Source: Acidimicrobiaceae bacterium UBA7830 (GTDB taxonomy: Bacteria; Actinomycetota; Acidimicrobiia; Acidimicrobiales; Ilumatobacteraceae). From it: DNA of 64,000 nucleotides. The notes beneath the pieces are model-generated. The model did not search any database and was not told where the DNA came from. It saw nothing but the letters and a program-made list of their open reading frames with translations. A program made the translations under genes and the position numbers. Below, one piece after another: positions 1 to 9,914 of the stretch. Location of the stretch: positions 7,515-71,514 of the forward strand of contig DLTS01000036.1 in the NCBI GenBank assembly GCA_002501485.1, given 5' to 3'. The stretch's first letter is position 1; each line of letters begins with the position of its first letter.

Positions 1-1278
1 CTCGGCTGCAAGGTCGTCGCCGCCGTCTTGAGGAACGAGAGTGATGCGCACGCGGCGTACACGCCGCCCTTCCACCGACTCGACAACAAACGAAAAACCC
101 TCAAAGTCGATCGCATCACCAGGTTCAGGCACGCGCTCAAGGGCGGAGAAGACGAACCCGCCGACACTGTCGAAATCTTCGTTCGGAATGTCAATGCCAA
201 GTTCATCAGCGACATCACCGATGTTGAGACCGCCGTCAACCAGCAGTGTGCCGTCGTCAAGGCGCTCAATGTCATGTTCTTCGGCGTCGTACTCATCGAC
301 AATTTCGCCGACGAGCTCTTCGAGGCAGTCTTCGAGTGTGACGAGCCCGGCGATGTCGCCGTACTCATCAGCAACGATCGCAATATGAAATTTGCTGTCC
401 TGCATCTCACGCATCAGCCGGGCAACGGGTTTATTTTCTGGAATGAATGTCACATCTCGCGCGAGGTCGAGCACCGGAAGATCACCGCGGCCTTCGCGCT
501 CTGCGCGCATGAGGTCTTTCGTGAAGGCGAGACCCACGATGTCATCCTCGTCGCTGCCTGAAACCGGCAAGCGACTAAAGCCATGCGCAATTCCAAGGTT
601 CAGCGCGTCGGTAATGGTTGCCGTGTTTGCCACCATCACCATGTCAGGTCGAGGAACCATGACCTCCCGAGCGACCGTGTCACCAAACTCGATGATCGAC
701 TCGATCAGTTCGCGCTCCTCGTGTTCGATGACCTCATCTTGAGCGGCGGCCTCGACGATGCCGAGAAACTCCTGCTCGCTCACGAATGGGCCACTCTCTA
801 AACCACGGCCTTTCACCAGCACATTGGTGAGGCCAATCAGGCCTGCGGAGATCATCCGCAGCGGAGGAAACGCAGTGAGCGCCCGCACCGGTCGGGCAGC
901 GATCATGGCTGCCCGATCAGGATTGAGCACGGCATACGTCTTCGGGACCGCCTCTGCGAGCACAAAAAAGACAATGACGTTCAACGTGACACCGACGGCG
1001 ACGCCGACTCCCCCAAACAAATTCCCCGCAACAATTCCCGTCAAGGTTGCTTGAACGGTCTGGCACACGTTAACCATCAACAACAGCGGGTTGATCCATC
1101 CTTCTGGGTTGTCAACGAGGGCGGTCAGACTGGGCTCAACACGCGGTTTGTCCTCGGTAATCGCAGCAGCCCGGGGCTTCGTCATCTTTGACAGGCCCAT
1201 TTCGGCTATCGCCAAAAAGATCAACGCGAACAGCAGCACAATGATGACGAGAAGCATTACGAGGTTGGCGCCGTTCAT
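1..1278 (-). CDS. CNNM/CorC-type membrane protein (DUF21 TM region + CBS pair + CorC_HlyC domain); 3' end runs off the window
   Basis: Absent from the ORF track because there is no stop in the window. My translation from ATG 1278-1276 gives MNGANLVMLLVIIVLLFALIFLAIAEMGLSKMTK... and stays open to base 1 (426 codons). The N-terminal third is hydrophobic, followed by ...VMVPRPDMV...HGFSRLPV...IAIVADEYGDIAGLVTLEDCLEELVGEI..., typical of CBS/CorC proteins. ATGA overlap with the ybeY stop; canonical phoH-ybeY-corC order. Confidence 0.85.
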   Translation of the reverse strand, partial: MNGANLVMLLVIIVLLFALIFLAIAEMGLSKMTKPRAAAITEDKPRVEPSLTALVDNPEGWINPLLLMVNVCQTVQATLTGIVAGNLFGGVGVAVGVTLNVIVFFVLAEAVPKTYAVLNPDRAAMIAARPVRALTAFPPLRMISAGLIGLTNVLVKGRGLESGPFVSEQEFLGIVEAAAQDEVIEHEERELIESIIEFGDTVAREVMVPRPDMVMVANTATITDALNLGIAHGFSRLPVSGSDEDDIVGLAFTKDLMRAEREGRGDLPVLDLARDVTFIPENKPVARLMREMQDSKFHIAIVADEYGDIAGLVTLEDCLEELVGEIVDEYDAEEHDIERLDDGTLLVDGGLNIGDVADELGIDIPNEDFDSVGGFVFSALERVPEPGDAIDFEGFSFVVESVEGRRVRRVRITLVPQDGGDDLAAE

Positions 1279-1811
1279 GACCTCACCTCTGCCCGGTGAT
1301 CAAAACTAAACCCCTCAGGTACCTCACTGTGCCAGAAATGGTTGATGAGATGCTCGCGCTCGCGCAACTGCATTTCGTGACGATCAGCAACGCTTTCATG
1401 ATCAAAGCCGAGGATGTGAAGAATGCCATGTACGACGAGCAATGCAATCTCATCATCAAACGTTCCAGCGTGGGTCGATGCCTGAAGGTCGGCGACCTCA
1501 GGGCAAATGACGACGTCTCCAAGCAGACGAGGCACATCATCGCCTTCCCTAGCATCAACATCGAGAGGGAATGACAGCACGTCGGTTGGGTGCTCGCCTG
1601 CGTCACCGAAATGCTCAATTTTCAGGTCGATGATGTCGGCAACATCAACAAAGGTGAGCGTAAGTTCACCCGATTCACCCTCGGCGCGCAGAATGGCCTC
1701 TGCAAGACACCCCCACCGATCAAGATCGACGTTTACAACGTCTTGGGCGTTTTCGGTGACGACAACCGCATGCGATTGGCTGCCGTCGGTGGGACTTGAC
1801 GGCTCCTTCAT
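1275..1811 (-). CDS. ybeY: rRNA maturation endoribonuclease YbeY
   Basis: 178-aa ORF with the zinc motif HGILHILGFDHE (H-x3-H-x5-H). ATGA overlaps with phoH upstream and corC downstream. Confidence 0.93.
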   Translation of the reverse strand: MKEPSSPTDGSQSHAVVVTENAQDVVNVDLDRWGCLAEAILRAEGESGELTLTFVDVADIIDLKIEHFGDAGEHPTDVLSFPLDVDAREGDDVPRLLGDVVICPEVADLQASTHAGTFDDEIALLVVHGILHILGFDHESVADRHEMQLREREHLINHFWHSEVPEGFSFDHRAEVRS

Positions 1812-2761
1812 GACGACGTCCGCTCTTCGTACGCTGCGACAATGTCAGCGACAATTCGGTGACGGACAACGTCACCAGCACCAAGTCTCACAAAACCCAA
1901 GCCTTCGATTCCGTCGAGCACCTGTTGCAACCCGCTGAGGCCACTCCGGCCGTCGGGAACGTCGACTTGAGTCGCATCACCGGTGACAACAACCTTCGAT
2001 CCGAATCCAATTCGGGTGAGGAACATCTTCATTTGCTCAGGTGTAGTGTTCTGAGCCTCATCAAGAATGATGAATGAATTGTTGAGGGTTCGACCACGCA
2101 TAAACGCAAGTGGCGCAACCTCAACAACCCCTCGCTCAAGTAACTTCTGAGCTCCGTCGGTATCGATCATGTCGTACAGGGCGTCGTACAGCGGCCTAAG
2201 GTACGGGTCGATCTTTGCCATCAAGTCACCAGGCAAAAATCCGAGCCGTTCGCCGGCCTCAACGGCCGGCCGCGTCAAGATGATGCGCTGAACCTCTTTC
2301 GCCTGCAACGCTTTCACCGCCATCGCCATCGCCAGCCAACTCTTTCCGGTACCCGCAGGGCCGATTCCAAACGTGATGACATTTCGCTCGATTGCATCGA
2401 CGTACCGCTTTTGACCCGAGGTCTTCGGACGCACGTGGCGACCACGAGAACCTCGCAATACCTGATGGGTAAGCACCTCGGAGGGTCGCTCATCGGCTTG
2501 CACCATCTGAATCACACGACCCAATGTGACATCATCGAGCTCTTGGCCACGCTCGATCAATGCGATCAACTCTTCAAAGAGCCGGCCGACACGACTTGAC
2601 TCATTTCCTTTGATGAGGATCTCATCGCCACGAATCTGAATCGATGCCGCCGGAAACGCTGACTCGATCGCCCGCACATTGACGTCTCGCGGACCACACA
2701 GCGGCGCAAGCAAGTGCTGTCCGGGCACAACAACCCTTGTGAGGGCATCTGTGGTTGTCAT
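1808..2761 (-). CDS. phoH: PhoH-like ATPase
   Basis: Walker A GPAGTGKSWLAMAMAV and ...IILDEAQNTT... The track ORF extends to a GTG at 2893. ATG 2761 (MTTTDALTRVVVP...) fits the N-terminal length of known PhoH proteins better, and the upstream extension is Arg-rich and not protein-like. Confidence 0.9.
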   Translation of the reverse strand: MTTTDALTRVVVPGQHLLAPLCGPRDVNVRAIESAFPAASIQIRGDEILIKGNESSRVGRLFEELIALIERGQELDDVTLGRVIQMVQADERPSEVLTHQVLRGSRGRHVRPKTSGQKRYVDAIERNVITFGIGPAGTGKSWLAMAMAVKALQAKEVQRIILTRPAVEAGERLGFLPGDLMAKIDPYLRPLYDALYDMIDTDGAQKLLERGVVEVAPLAFMRGRTLNNSFIILDEAQNTTPEQMKMFLTRIGFGSKVVVTGDATQVDVPDGRSGLSGLQQVLDGIEGLGFVRLGAGDVVRHRIVADIVAAYEERTSS

Positions 2762-2896
2762 TCGGGTGCGTTCATCTGAGGTGTAGGTGCGTGCCAATCG
2801 CTCGAAGCGTCGGCGTATTCGGGTAACGGTAGCGGGTTCTGACCACCTCGTGCGACTGGAATCGGCACAAGACCAAAAAACGGCCTCGTCCACCGA

Positions 2897-3451
2897 TCAC
2901 AACAGGTCGGGAATACCATCATCGATGACAACCCCTGCCGTATTCAACAACATTGAGACCAGGGTGTATTGACCGACGGTAAACACGATGTCAAGAAGTT
3001 GCTCGGTGCTGTAATGCTCTGACAGCGAAGCCCACGTCATGTCATCAATTCGTTGGCGGGCGTGCAATTCATCAGCAGCTGACAACAATGCCTTTTCGAG
3101 GTCTGATCCGGGCCATGCGTCGATCGGGCCTTTCGTCGCCTCGATGTCATCATCAGAAAGGTCACAATCTTTTGCGATTTGGGCGTGTTGCGCGAACTCG
3201 TAGCGGGAGCCACAACGCACCCCGGCACGCAAAATGAGGATCTCGCGATCTCGAGGCGACAGCGTGTTCTTCGCCATGATGTGGCCCGCAAACACCATCC
3301 ACCTACGAAGAAGATCGGGGTGGTGAGCAAGGGTTCCGAAGATATTGATCGGCTTTCCATTTGGCCCTTTCAGCCCGGCACGGTCAATAAAGTCGGCTAC
3401 TTCGGGAGATGGATCCTCAATAGGAAAAATACGCGTTGAATCTCCGGTCAT
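2897..3451 (-). CDS. Carboxymuconolactone decarboxylase (AhpD-like) family protein
   Basis: MTGDSTRIFPIED...LSPRDREILILRAGVRCGSRYEFAQHAQIA... is typical of the CMD/AhpD fold. The track ORF (to 3583) is trimmed to ATG 3451 because its N-terminus reads through the tRNA-Cys gene. Confidence 0.75.
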   Translation of the reverse strand: MTGDSTRIFPIEDPSPEVADFIDRAGLKGPNGKPINIFGTLAHHPDLLRRWMVFAGHIMAKNTLSPRDREILILRAGVRCGSRYEFAQHAQIAKDCDLSDDDIEATKGPIDAWPGSDLEKALLSAADELHARQRIDDMTWASLSEHYSTEQLLDIVFTVGQYTLVSMLLNTAGVVIDDGIPDLL

Positions 3452-3517
3452 GATCTGACAGTAGAGACTCCACGCCCTTGCGGGAGGATCGGAGGGTGTA
3501 ACTACCCGATCTCTCAG

Positions 3518-3589
3518 AGGCGACGATGGGAATCGAACCCATGTACAGGGCTTTGCAGGCCCTTGCCTAAGCCACTCGGCCACGTCGCC
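3518..3589 (-). tRNA. tRNA-Cys (anticodon GCA), CCA not encoded
   Basis: Minus-strand sequence GGCGACGTGGCCGAGTGGCTTAGGCAAGGGCCTGCAAAGCCCTGTACATGGGTTCGATTCCCATCGTCGCCT. It has a perfect 7-bp acceptor stem, anticodon stem AGGGC/GCCCT with loop CTGCAAA, T-arm ATGGG-TTCGATT-CCCAT, and discriminator U (the Cys identity element). Confidence 0.93.
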
Positions 3590-3649
3590 AGACCTTAGAC
3601 ACTACCTGCATGCCTTGCCCGACCCTCGGTCGGCGGGCAACATAGAGGG

Positions 3650-4285
3650 ATGCAGTCTTCCTCGATCACCCGACTGTGGTCGTTTGCCGCTGCGGCGTTG
3701 GCGCTCACTCTGACCGCGTGCACGGCAGAGACTCCATCTGCGGCCCCCGCCGATCCGTGCCAACGTCGAGTTGATGCAGCCGCCCTCGCCATCGACATCG
3801 ATGAGACCGTCGAGCTTCTCGACATCGCAATGGAAATCTGTGACTCTCTGACCGAATTCGAGACGGCCTTCGCTCAGCACCCCGGGGTTCTCGGCTTTTC
3901 GCCCCTCGAAGTGGTCGCCCGCAGATGCCGCACACATTCCGTACAGCGGACATCGAACGCTCTACTTTGTGAGGAAGCCCCCGTCATTGCGCTCACCGGC
4001 CTTCAACCTCCCGACGACAACGGCGACTCTGCAATCTTCACCGGTATCGCTCTCGACGGTCGAGCGATCGACATCACCAAAGATTCGGGAATCGAATTTG
4101 ACCATGGAATCCCGGCAGACCTCACTGCGATCGCCAACTTAGCGGCAAGCCGAGACTGTCAAACACTCGCCGAGTCGGCAGAGATCTGGCGGGTGCTCGC
4201 CTCAACTGAGGGCGAAGGGGATGCTGCCTCAACGTTTGCTCATGCAGCAGATGTCATCGCTGACCATGTTGGCTGCAACCTCTGA
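3650..4285 (+). CDS. Hypothetical Cys-rich lipoprotein
   Basis: Signal peptide with lipobox (...AAALALTLTAC TAETPS), AGAGGGA Shine-Dalgarno sequence just upstream, 7 cysteines. No family recognised. Confidence 0.6.
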   Translation: MQSSSITRLWSFAAAALALTLTACTAETPSAAPADPCQRRVDAAALAIDIDETVELLDIAMEICDSLTEFETAFAQHPGVLGFSPLEVVARRCRTHSVQRTSNALLCEEAPVIALTGLQPPDDNGDSAIFTGIALDGRAIDITKDSGIEFDHGIPADLTAIANLAASRDCQTLAESAEIWRVLASTEGEGDAASTFAHAADVIADHVGCNL

Positions 4286-4289
4286 CCGA

Positions 4290-4841
4290 CTACATCAGAG
4301 CAACGATCTCATCAACAATCCGTACTGATGAGTTGGTGTCGGTCCGCACCTGAGGAAACCTTGCGTAGGCCGATTCTCGTTCTGCAACGAGTTCTGCGAT
4401 GCGCTGTCGAGGATTGGCAACCGCAAGCATCGGCCGTCGTTCTCCGGCCCGTTCTCCGCCGACACGTTGATAAATAGTGTCAACATCGGCAACAAGGCTC
4501 ACCACCAATGAGCCGGCGCCAATAAAGACGTCTGCCACTGCACTGTCGACAAGCATCCCCCCACCGGTTGCGATGACGAGCGCAGGCAACGCAGCAAGCT
4601 CGGATGCCAACTCGCGCTCAATCGCTCTGAAGCGCTCCTCACCTTGAGTTCGAAAGATCTCCGAAATCGGACCAAACCGTTCTTCGATAAGGCGGTCGGT
4701 ATCGACGAAGCCGTAACGCAGCCTTGCGGCAAGTTGTCGGCCGACTGTCGATTTGCCGGTCGCCATAAACCCGGTGAGCACCACACTTCTGCTGCGACTT
4801 TCCCCGCCTCGTCGATGTTCGTGCCCTCTCACCGCTGTCAT
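4290..4841 (-). CDS. aroK: Shikimate kinase
   Basis: P-loop VVLTGFMATGKSTVGRQLA, FVDTDRLIEERFG..IFR..GEERFR..E motif series, about 180 aa. Confidence 0.85.
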   Translation of the reverse strand: MTAVRGHEHRRGGESRSRSVVLTGFMATGKSTVGRQLAARLRYGFVDTDRLIEERFGPISEIFRTQGEERFRAIERELASELAALPALVIATGGGMLVDSAVADVFIGAGSLVVSLVADVDTIYQRVGGERAGERRPMLAVANPRQRIAELVAERESAYARFPQVRTDTNSSVRIVDEIVALM

Positions 4842-4913
4842 TCTTCCACGAACGAGACAACGCGTGTTGGGAACGGCACGTCACAGCCGCGTCACCGACG
4901 CCTCAACTGAAGC

Positions 4914-5897
4914 TCAAGAATAGTGGCCTGCGAAGTCCAACAGAGCCGAAGTCACATCGTCGGGGCGCTGCGCATGCACATCGTGGTGAGCCCCCTCGAA
5001 CCAGACCGCATCAACTTGGGTTCCACCCTGAGCGACGAGCGCATCGATCGCATATCGGCGCTGGGCGCGTCGGTCTGCATCACCACTGTCGGCAACAAAA
5101 AATCTCACCGGTGCAGTCGTACGCAACAGTGCATCAGCGGGCTCATGGCGCCATAAACCTGCGAGCACATCCCGATGGTCGTTGCGGCTCAACCGGGGAG
5201 AGATAGTGCCGTCTTCACGCACGGTGAAGTTAGCGAGAGTTCCGCGTCGACCCTCCTCAGGCCAATCGGCTGCAGTCTGGGCGAGCCACTGCTCAATCCG
5301 CTGAAGGGGAACGCCCTCAAGAACTGGGGGCGCCAATTCTTCCCAACATGCCTCCCACTCCGGATAGTGATCTTTTAGGCGAATGAAGCCACCGTCGACG
5401 CCAACGACCCCCGACGCCAGCCCCTCGTGTCGAGCGGAACACTCAAGCACAACATTGCCTCCCCACGACTGGCCAACGAGGAACAATTGCGCAACATCGA
5501 GGGATTTCCCTAGTTCGGCAAGGTCATCGGCAACGATTTCCATTTCGTAGCCGCTTGGCGACGACTGCGAGTGGCCGTGGCCCCGTTGGTCAACCGCAAT
5601 CACCCGGTCGCCCTCAGCTGTGAGGCGACGAAGCACACCGTCCCATAAACGAGCATTAGAAGAAAGACCGTGAACGAGCAACCACGCTCTCGATGCCTCA
5701 TTGCGCTCGTTATCGATAACGGAAAGCTCGATACCCGACGAGAGAACTACCGCTCGACGTGCGGCGTTCAGTGGCCCCAGATCATTGCTTTCCACAGAGT
5801 GAACGTACTGATGAACCACCCACGGTGCCGAACCGTGGGCTTCACCGTATAGAAGACCTCGATGCGAGTGAACGTAGGTGTTATCTCGTAAAGTCAT
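4914..5897 (-). CDS. Alpha/beta hydrolase
   Basis: HGLSSN oxyanion region, nucleophile elbow GQSWGG, C-terminal ...GAHHDVH. Start moved from TTG 5924 to ATG 5897 to reduce overlap with the divergent MFS gene. Confidence 0.75.
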   Translation of the reverse strand: MTLRDNTYVHSHRGLLYGEAHGSAPWVVHQYVHSVESNDLGPLNAARRAVVLSSGIELSVIDNERNEASRAWLLVHGLSSNARLWDGVLRRLTAEGDRVIAVDQRGHGHSQSSPSGYEMEIVADDLAELGKSLDVAQLFLVGQSWGGNVVLECSARHEGLASGVVGVDGGFIRLKDHYPEWEACWEELAPPVLEGVPLQRIEQWLAQTAADWPEEGRRGTLANFTVREDGTISPRLSRNDHRDVLAGLWRHEPADALLRTTAPVRFFVADSGDADRRAQRRYAIDALVAQGGTQVDAVWFEGAHHDVHAQRPDDVTSALLDFAGHYS

Positions 5898-7302
5898 CGC
5901 AGTGACCGCCCACAGTTCCCCCAATGTGGCGACAACAGATACCGAACTCGACCCCCGCTATGCGAAGCGAGTTCTCATCACTGTCGTGACCACCGTCATC
6001 GTGTTTACGTCATCGATGACCATTGTTTCTGCATCGCTGCCGACCATCGCCGACGACCTCAACTCATCTGAGGGCTTTCTCGCGTGGTCGGTTACCGGCC
6101 TCTTCTTGGTTATGGCAGTTACCACCCCGATCATGGGACGACTCGGGGACAGTCAGGGCCACCGGAAGATATTCCTCATCGGAGCAGTACTGCTCGGGCT
6201 CGGAACCCTCGCCTGCGCACTCGCGCCGTCAGCAGGGGCATTTGTCGCCGCCCGCATGCTGGTCGGTCTCGCCATTTCTGCGACCATGCCGACAGGGATG
6301 GCACTTATCATGGCCGCGCACCCTCTCGAACAACGCGGCGAGGCGATGGGCTGGTTCCAGATGACAATGACCGGGGCGCCCGTCCTCGCTCTCGTTGCTG
6401 GCGGACCGCTCATCGAAACGTTCGGATGGCGTTCGGTATTCGCTGGACTCTTCCCCCTTGCAATTATCGGAACCACCGCCTCGTGGCGCACACTTCGAAA
6501 GTCTGGCGGCGATAGCTACGTGCCGATCGACTGGACTGGTGCCGCAACCCTCGCCCTTGGAACCTTAGGCTTCCTGCTCTGCCTTGAGTTCGGTGGCCGT
6601 TCGGGCTTCACCGCTCCGTTGCCCCTCTTCTTCGCAGTCTGCGCAGTGGCAGGCATTGGCTTATTTCTTCGGGTTGAACGTCGAGTCGAGCATCCAATGC
6701 TTCGTCTCGACTATTTCAAATTGCGCAACTTCACCGGGCCGCTAATCTGCCAACCTCTGAGCCAATTTGCCTACATGGGTGGATTTCTCATCGCCCCGAT
6801 TTTGTTAGCGAGCTTGTTTGGCTACTCGGTGGGAGCCATCGCTCTCATTTTGCTCTTCCGGCCTGCCTTCTACAGCCTGACGTCTCCACTCGGTGGACGT
6901 CTATCAGGAAAATTTGGCGAGCGCTTCTTCTTACTGGTCGGCTCGGTTCTAATGGTGCTCTCGATGGCTGCGTGGATCGGCGGTGCGCAATCTCAGAACC
7001 TGACACTCGTCATCATTGGCCTCTCGCTTTCAGGCATCGCAATGGGCCTCGCATCACCGTCGTACTCGATCGCAGTCGCAAACGCGGTCGACAGCGCCGA
7101 TCTCGGCATTGCAAACGGCATGAGTACCACCCTGATGAACATCGGCATGCTCACCGGCATTCAGTCGATGTTCACCGTTCTCGGCGAGGGTCGTGACCCT
7201 CGCGACTTCGTCCGAACATTCATCGTCGGCGCATGTGTGGCCGGTGTCGGGTCAGTGGGTGCACTGATGATGTCGAAACCGAAACCTGTTACTGATAGTT
7301 GA
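5878..7302 (+). CDS. MFS transporter (DHA2/EmrB-like, about 14 TM)
   Basis: 474-aa polytopic protein with the MFS-type loop motif GRLGDSQGHRKIF. Start uncertain: GTG 5878, or GTG 5926. Confidence 0.8.
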   Translation: MLSRKVIAVTAHSSPNVATTDTELDPRYAKRVLITVVTTVIVFTSSMTIVSASLPTIADDLNSSEGFLAWSVTGLFLVMAVTTPIMGRLGDSQGHRKIFLIGAVLLGLGTLACALAPSAGAFVAARMLVGLAISATMPTGMALIMAAHPLEQRGEAMGWFQMTMTGAPVLALVAGGPLIETFGWRSVFAGLFPLAIIGTTASWRTLRKSGGDSYVPIDWTGAATLALGTLGFLLCLEFGGRSGFTAPLPLFFAVCAVAGIGLFLRVERRVEHPMLRLDYFKLRNFTGPLICQPLSQFAYMGGFLIAPILLASLFGYSVGAIALILLFRPAFYSLTSPLGGRLSGKFGERFFLLVGSVLMVLSMAAWIGGAQSQNLTLVIIGLSLSGIAMGLASPSYSIAVANAVDSADLGIANGMSTTLMNIGMLTGIQSMFTVLGEGRDPRDFVRTFIVGACVAGVGSVGALMMSKPKPVTDS

Positions 7303-8203
7303 GGCGAAGCCCGGGGCGTTCCCACGGCATCTCGTACAGCAAACCCCAACCTGAAGACGTCACATATGCCCTCATTAAGTCGGGTCCACCAAAGCAGACA
7401 TTGGTGACATACGCATCCCATTTTGGAACGTGCACCTGATCGAGCAGCTCACCTTCGGGGCTGATCACGCTAATGGCGCCGGTGACCAGTGTGGCGACGC
7501 ACACGTTGCCGTCACCATCTACCGCGAGCGAATCAAGAAGCTGGTAGCCATCAAATCCGTAGAGCAAGGTGCCATGGGCAAGCGGCGTCGTTCCTCGCTC
7601 GACAACACCCGGACTGACAATGTCCCATTTCCAGACACGCCCGACCGACGTTTCTGCCACGTACAACGTTGAACCATCGGGCGATAGGCCGACCCCGTTA
7701 GGTTTCGTCAACCCGTAGGCCGCGCACACAAGGGAGGATCCATCAGCAAGGGCGTAATAGAGGCCGCCGTTATCGGAATCTCGAGAGCGACTCTTGCCAA
7801 GATCAGTAAACCAGAACCCTCCGTTGGTGTCGAAGACGATGTCATTGGGGCCACGCAGTTGGTGACCGTCGCACTCCGTGTACAGGGTGGTGACCTCGCC
7901 AGTTTCGATCACGACACGTTGAATTGACCCACCGACGTAGTCATCTCCTTGATGGCCCGGTGCCGTCATTCCATCGATTTCACGCCACGCAAATCCCCCG
8001 TTGTTGCACACGTACAGCGCTCCATCAGGGCCAATCGCCATTCCGTTGGGTCCACCGCCGGTTTCTGCAACCACCTCTGTCGAACCGTCCGGCCAACAGC
8101 GCGTAATCGTTTGCCGCTTTATTTCGACGACGAGCACACTGCCGTCCTCGAGCGCAACTGGCCCTTCTGGAAATTCGAGTCCTTCGGTCATCACTCGGGT
8201 CAT
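7289..8203 (-). CDS. SMP-30/gluconolactonase/LRE family protein
   Basis: Repeated beta-propeller blades: EGPVALEDGSVLVVE, GPNGMAIGPDGALYVCNNGG, PNDIVFDTNGGFWFTD, KPNGVGLSPDGSTLYVAE. Confidence 0.8.
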   Translation of the reverse strand: MTRVMTEGLEFPEGPVALEDGSVLVVEIKRQTITRCWPDGSTEVVAETGGGPNGMAIGPDGALYVCNNGGFAWREIDGMTAPGHQGDDYVGGSIQRVVIETGEVTTLYTECDGHQLRGPNDIVFDTNGGFWFTDLGKSRSRDSDNGGLYYALADGSSLVCAAYGLTKPNGVGLSPDGSTLYVAETSVGRVWKWDIVSPGVVERGTTPLAHGTLLYGFDGYQLLDSLAVDGDGNVCVATLVTGAISVISPEGELLDQVHVPKWDAYVTNVCFGGPDLMRAYVTSSGWGLLYEMPWERPGLRLNYQ

Positions 8204-8311
8204 TGCAGAACCTCCTCATCGCCTGTCTTTGCATCCTGCCCGCTCGACACTGTTGTGGACGAGCGCGAACCCGACTCGCTACCGGCGACACAAGGTTGCA
8301 AGGATCACTCC

Positions 8312-8974
8312 ATGATCAGACTTCGTCAAGTTGCCCTTGTCGCCCAAGACCTTGAACCGGTTGCAACAGCACTCTGCGAAACCTTTCAGCTGTCGATCTG
8401 TGTCAGAGACCTCGACGTCTCAGAGTTCGGACTGACAAACGCTCTCATGGTAGTAGGGGATCAATTTATTGAGATCATCACGCCAGTAACCGAGGGCACT
8501 GCAGGGGGCCGAATGCTTGAGCGACGAGGTGGTGACAGCGGCTACATGGTGCTTCACGAGGTTGATGACCTTGACGACCGTCTTGCTGACCTCGCAGATC
8601 GCGACGTACGAATCATTTGGGCTGCCGATCACCATGACATTCGTGGGCGGCATCTCCACCCGAAAGATGTCGGCGGGGCGATCGTTTCACTCGACGAAGC
8701 GATCCCTGAGGGATCGTGGCGTTGGGCCGGCGATACGTGGACCGCTCATCGTCACAACTCCGTTGTTTCGTCGATCGCCGGTGTCACGGTTGGCGCGCAC
8801 GACCCCGAAGGGATGCGTGCGCGTTGGGAGGAACTTGGAGTGTCGACTTCCGTCACCTTTGCGGACGCTGGGCCTCGAGGCGAAGGTATCGACCAAATTG
8901 ATCTCGTCGCCACCGACCGCCGACGAGTCGGAGAACGTCACGACATCGGCGGTGTCACCTGGGTGCTCGTCTAA
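8312..8974 (+). CDS. VOC/glyoxalase-like domain protein
   Basis: Start set to ATG 8312 (MIRLRQVALVAQDLEP...), because the upstream part of the track ORF is antisense to the gluconolactonase gene. The N-terminal pattern is glyoxalase-like. Confidence 0.55.
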   Translation: MIRLRQVALVAQDLEPVATALCETFQLSICVRDLDVSEFGLTNALMVVGDQFIEIITPVTEGTAGGRMLERRGGDSGYMVLHEVDDLDDRLADLADRDVRIIWAADHHDIRGRHLHPKDVGGAIVSLDEAIPEGSWRWAGDTWTAHRHNSVVSSIAGVTVGAHDPEGMRARWEELGVSTSVTFADAGPRGEGIDQIDLVATDRRRVGERHDIGGVTWVLV

Positions 8975-8992
8975 CAGCGAAAATTCTCAGCG

Positions 8993-9796
8993 TTAACACT
9001 CCAGGAGGTCGTCAGCGGACTCGTTGACACTCCCCGACCAGACCGCATCTCGGCGTTCGAAAAACGCAGTGACTCCTTCGACTGCATCGGGCATGCGAGC
9101 GATTGAACTAATCACGCGGCCCTCTCGGCTTAACATCTCGTCAACACCGGCTGTCACCCCTTGCCATAGCAATTGCTTCGATACCGCAAGTGCAACCGGC
9201 GAGGCGTTGCGGACCATGTCTGCACCGAGTGACATCGCTTCGGTCAACACCTGGTCTGCAGGTACCGCCCGAGAAGCGAGCCCGAGTTCCGCTGCCTCCG
9301 CTCCCGACAGCATCCGACCTGTCAGCATCAACTCGGCGGCCTTCGAGAATCCGATCACCCTCGGCAAAATGACATGTGATGCAAGCTCGGGCACCACACC
9401 CCGCCGAACCATGGCGTATTGAACCTTGGCGTCCTCTGCAACCAACCTGACATCGCAGAGCATCGAAAATGTGATGCCCACGCCCACTGCATGACCATTG
9501 ACTGCCGCAATGACCGGCTTGCGAACTTGATACGGCCATAGACGGGGCCGACCATCATCATCGGCTGAAACCGGAAGAAAACCGCTTTCGCCATCGCCAA
9601 GGTCGGCACCGGCGCAGAAGGCTTTCCCCGCTCCGGTAATGACGACAACAACAACCTCATCATCGCAGTCAGCCTCGCCAAGGCGGGCCTGCAACTCATC
9701 GCCGAGCTCGCCAGTCCACGCATTCATCTGATCGGGTCGATTCAACGTGATCTTTGCGATTCCGTCGGAAACCTCGTATAGCACTACATCATCCAT
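8993..9796 (-). CDS. Enoyl-CoA hydratase/isomerase (crotonase) family
   Basis: ITLNRPDQMNAW..., VVVITGAGKAFCAGADL, KPVIAAVNGHAVGVG. Confidence 0.85.
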   Translation of the reverse strand: MDDVVLYEVSDGIAKITLNRPDQMNAWTGELGDELQARLGEADCDDEVVVVVITGAGKAFCAGADLGDGESGFLPVSADDDGRPRLWPYQVRKPVIAAVNGHAVGVGITFSMLCDVRLVAEDAKVQYAMVRRGVVPELASHVILPRVIGFSKAAELMLTGRMLSGAEAAELGLASRAVPADQVLTEAMSLGADMVRNASPVALAVSKQLLWQGVTAGVDEMLSREGRVISSIARMPDAVEGVTAFFERRDAVWSGSVNESADDLLEC

Positions 9797-9914
9797 ACGA
9801 CCGTTTTACAGACTGCGAACCTCGTCGATGAAGTCGAACCTTCCGTGCTCGCTGGAATTCGTCTGAGCAACCTCCGGCGCATGAGCACACCGACCCTTAT
9901 GCAAAACTCGCAAG

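Noticed and set aside
28-1054. Plus-strand ORFs 28-561, 392-742 and 758-1054 listed in the track
   Set aside because: They are antisense to the open minus-strand CorC/CNNM frame, which has clear domain signatures and an ATGA junction with ybeY.
3452-3583. N-terminal 44 codons of track ORF 2897-3583 (MAEWLRQGPAKPCTWVRFPSSP...)
   Set aside because: This is a read-through translation of the tRNA-Cys gene. The real CDS starts at ATG 3451.
4280-4300. CTCTGA-n9-TCAGAG palindrome between the convergent lipoprotein and aroK genes
   Set aside because: It is a 6-bp stem with no U-tract that partly overlaps a stop codon, which is too weak to call a terminator.
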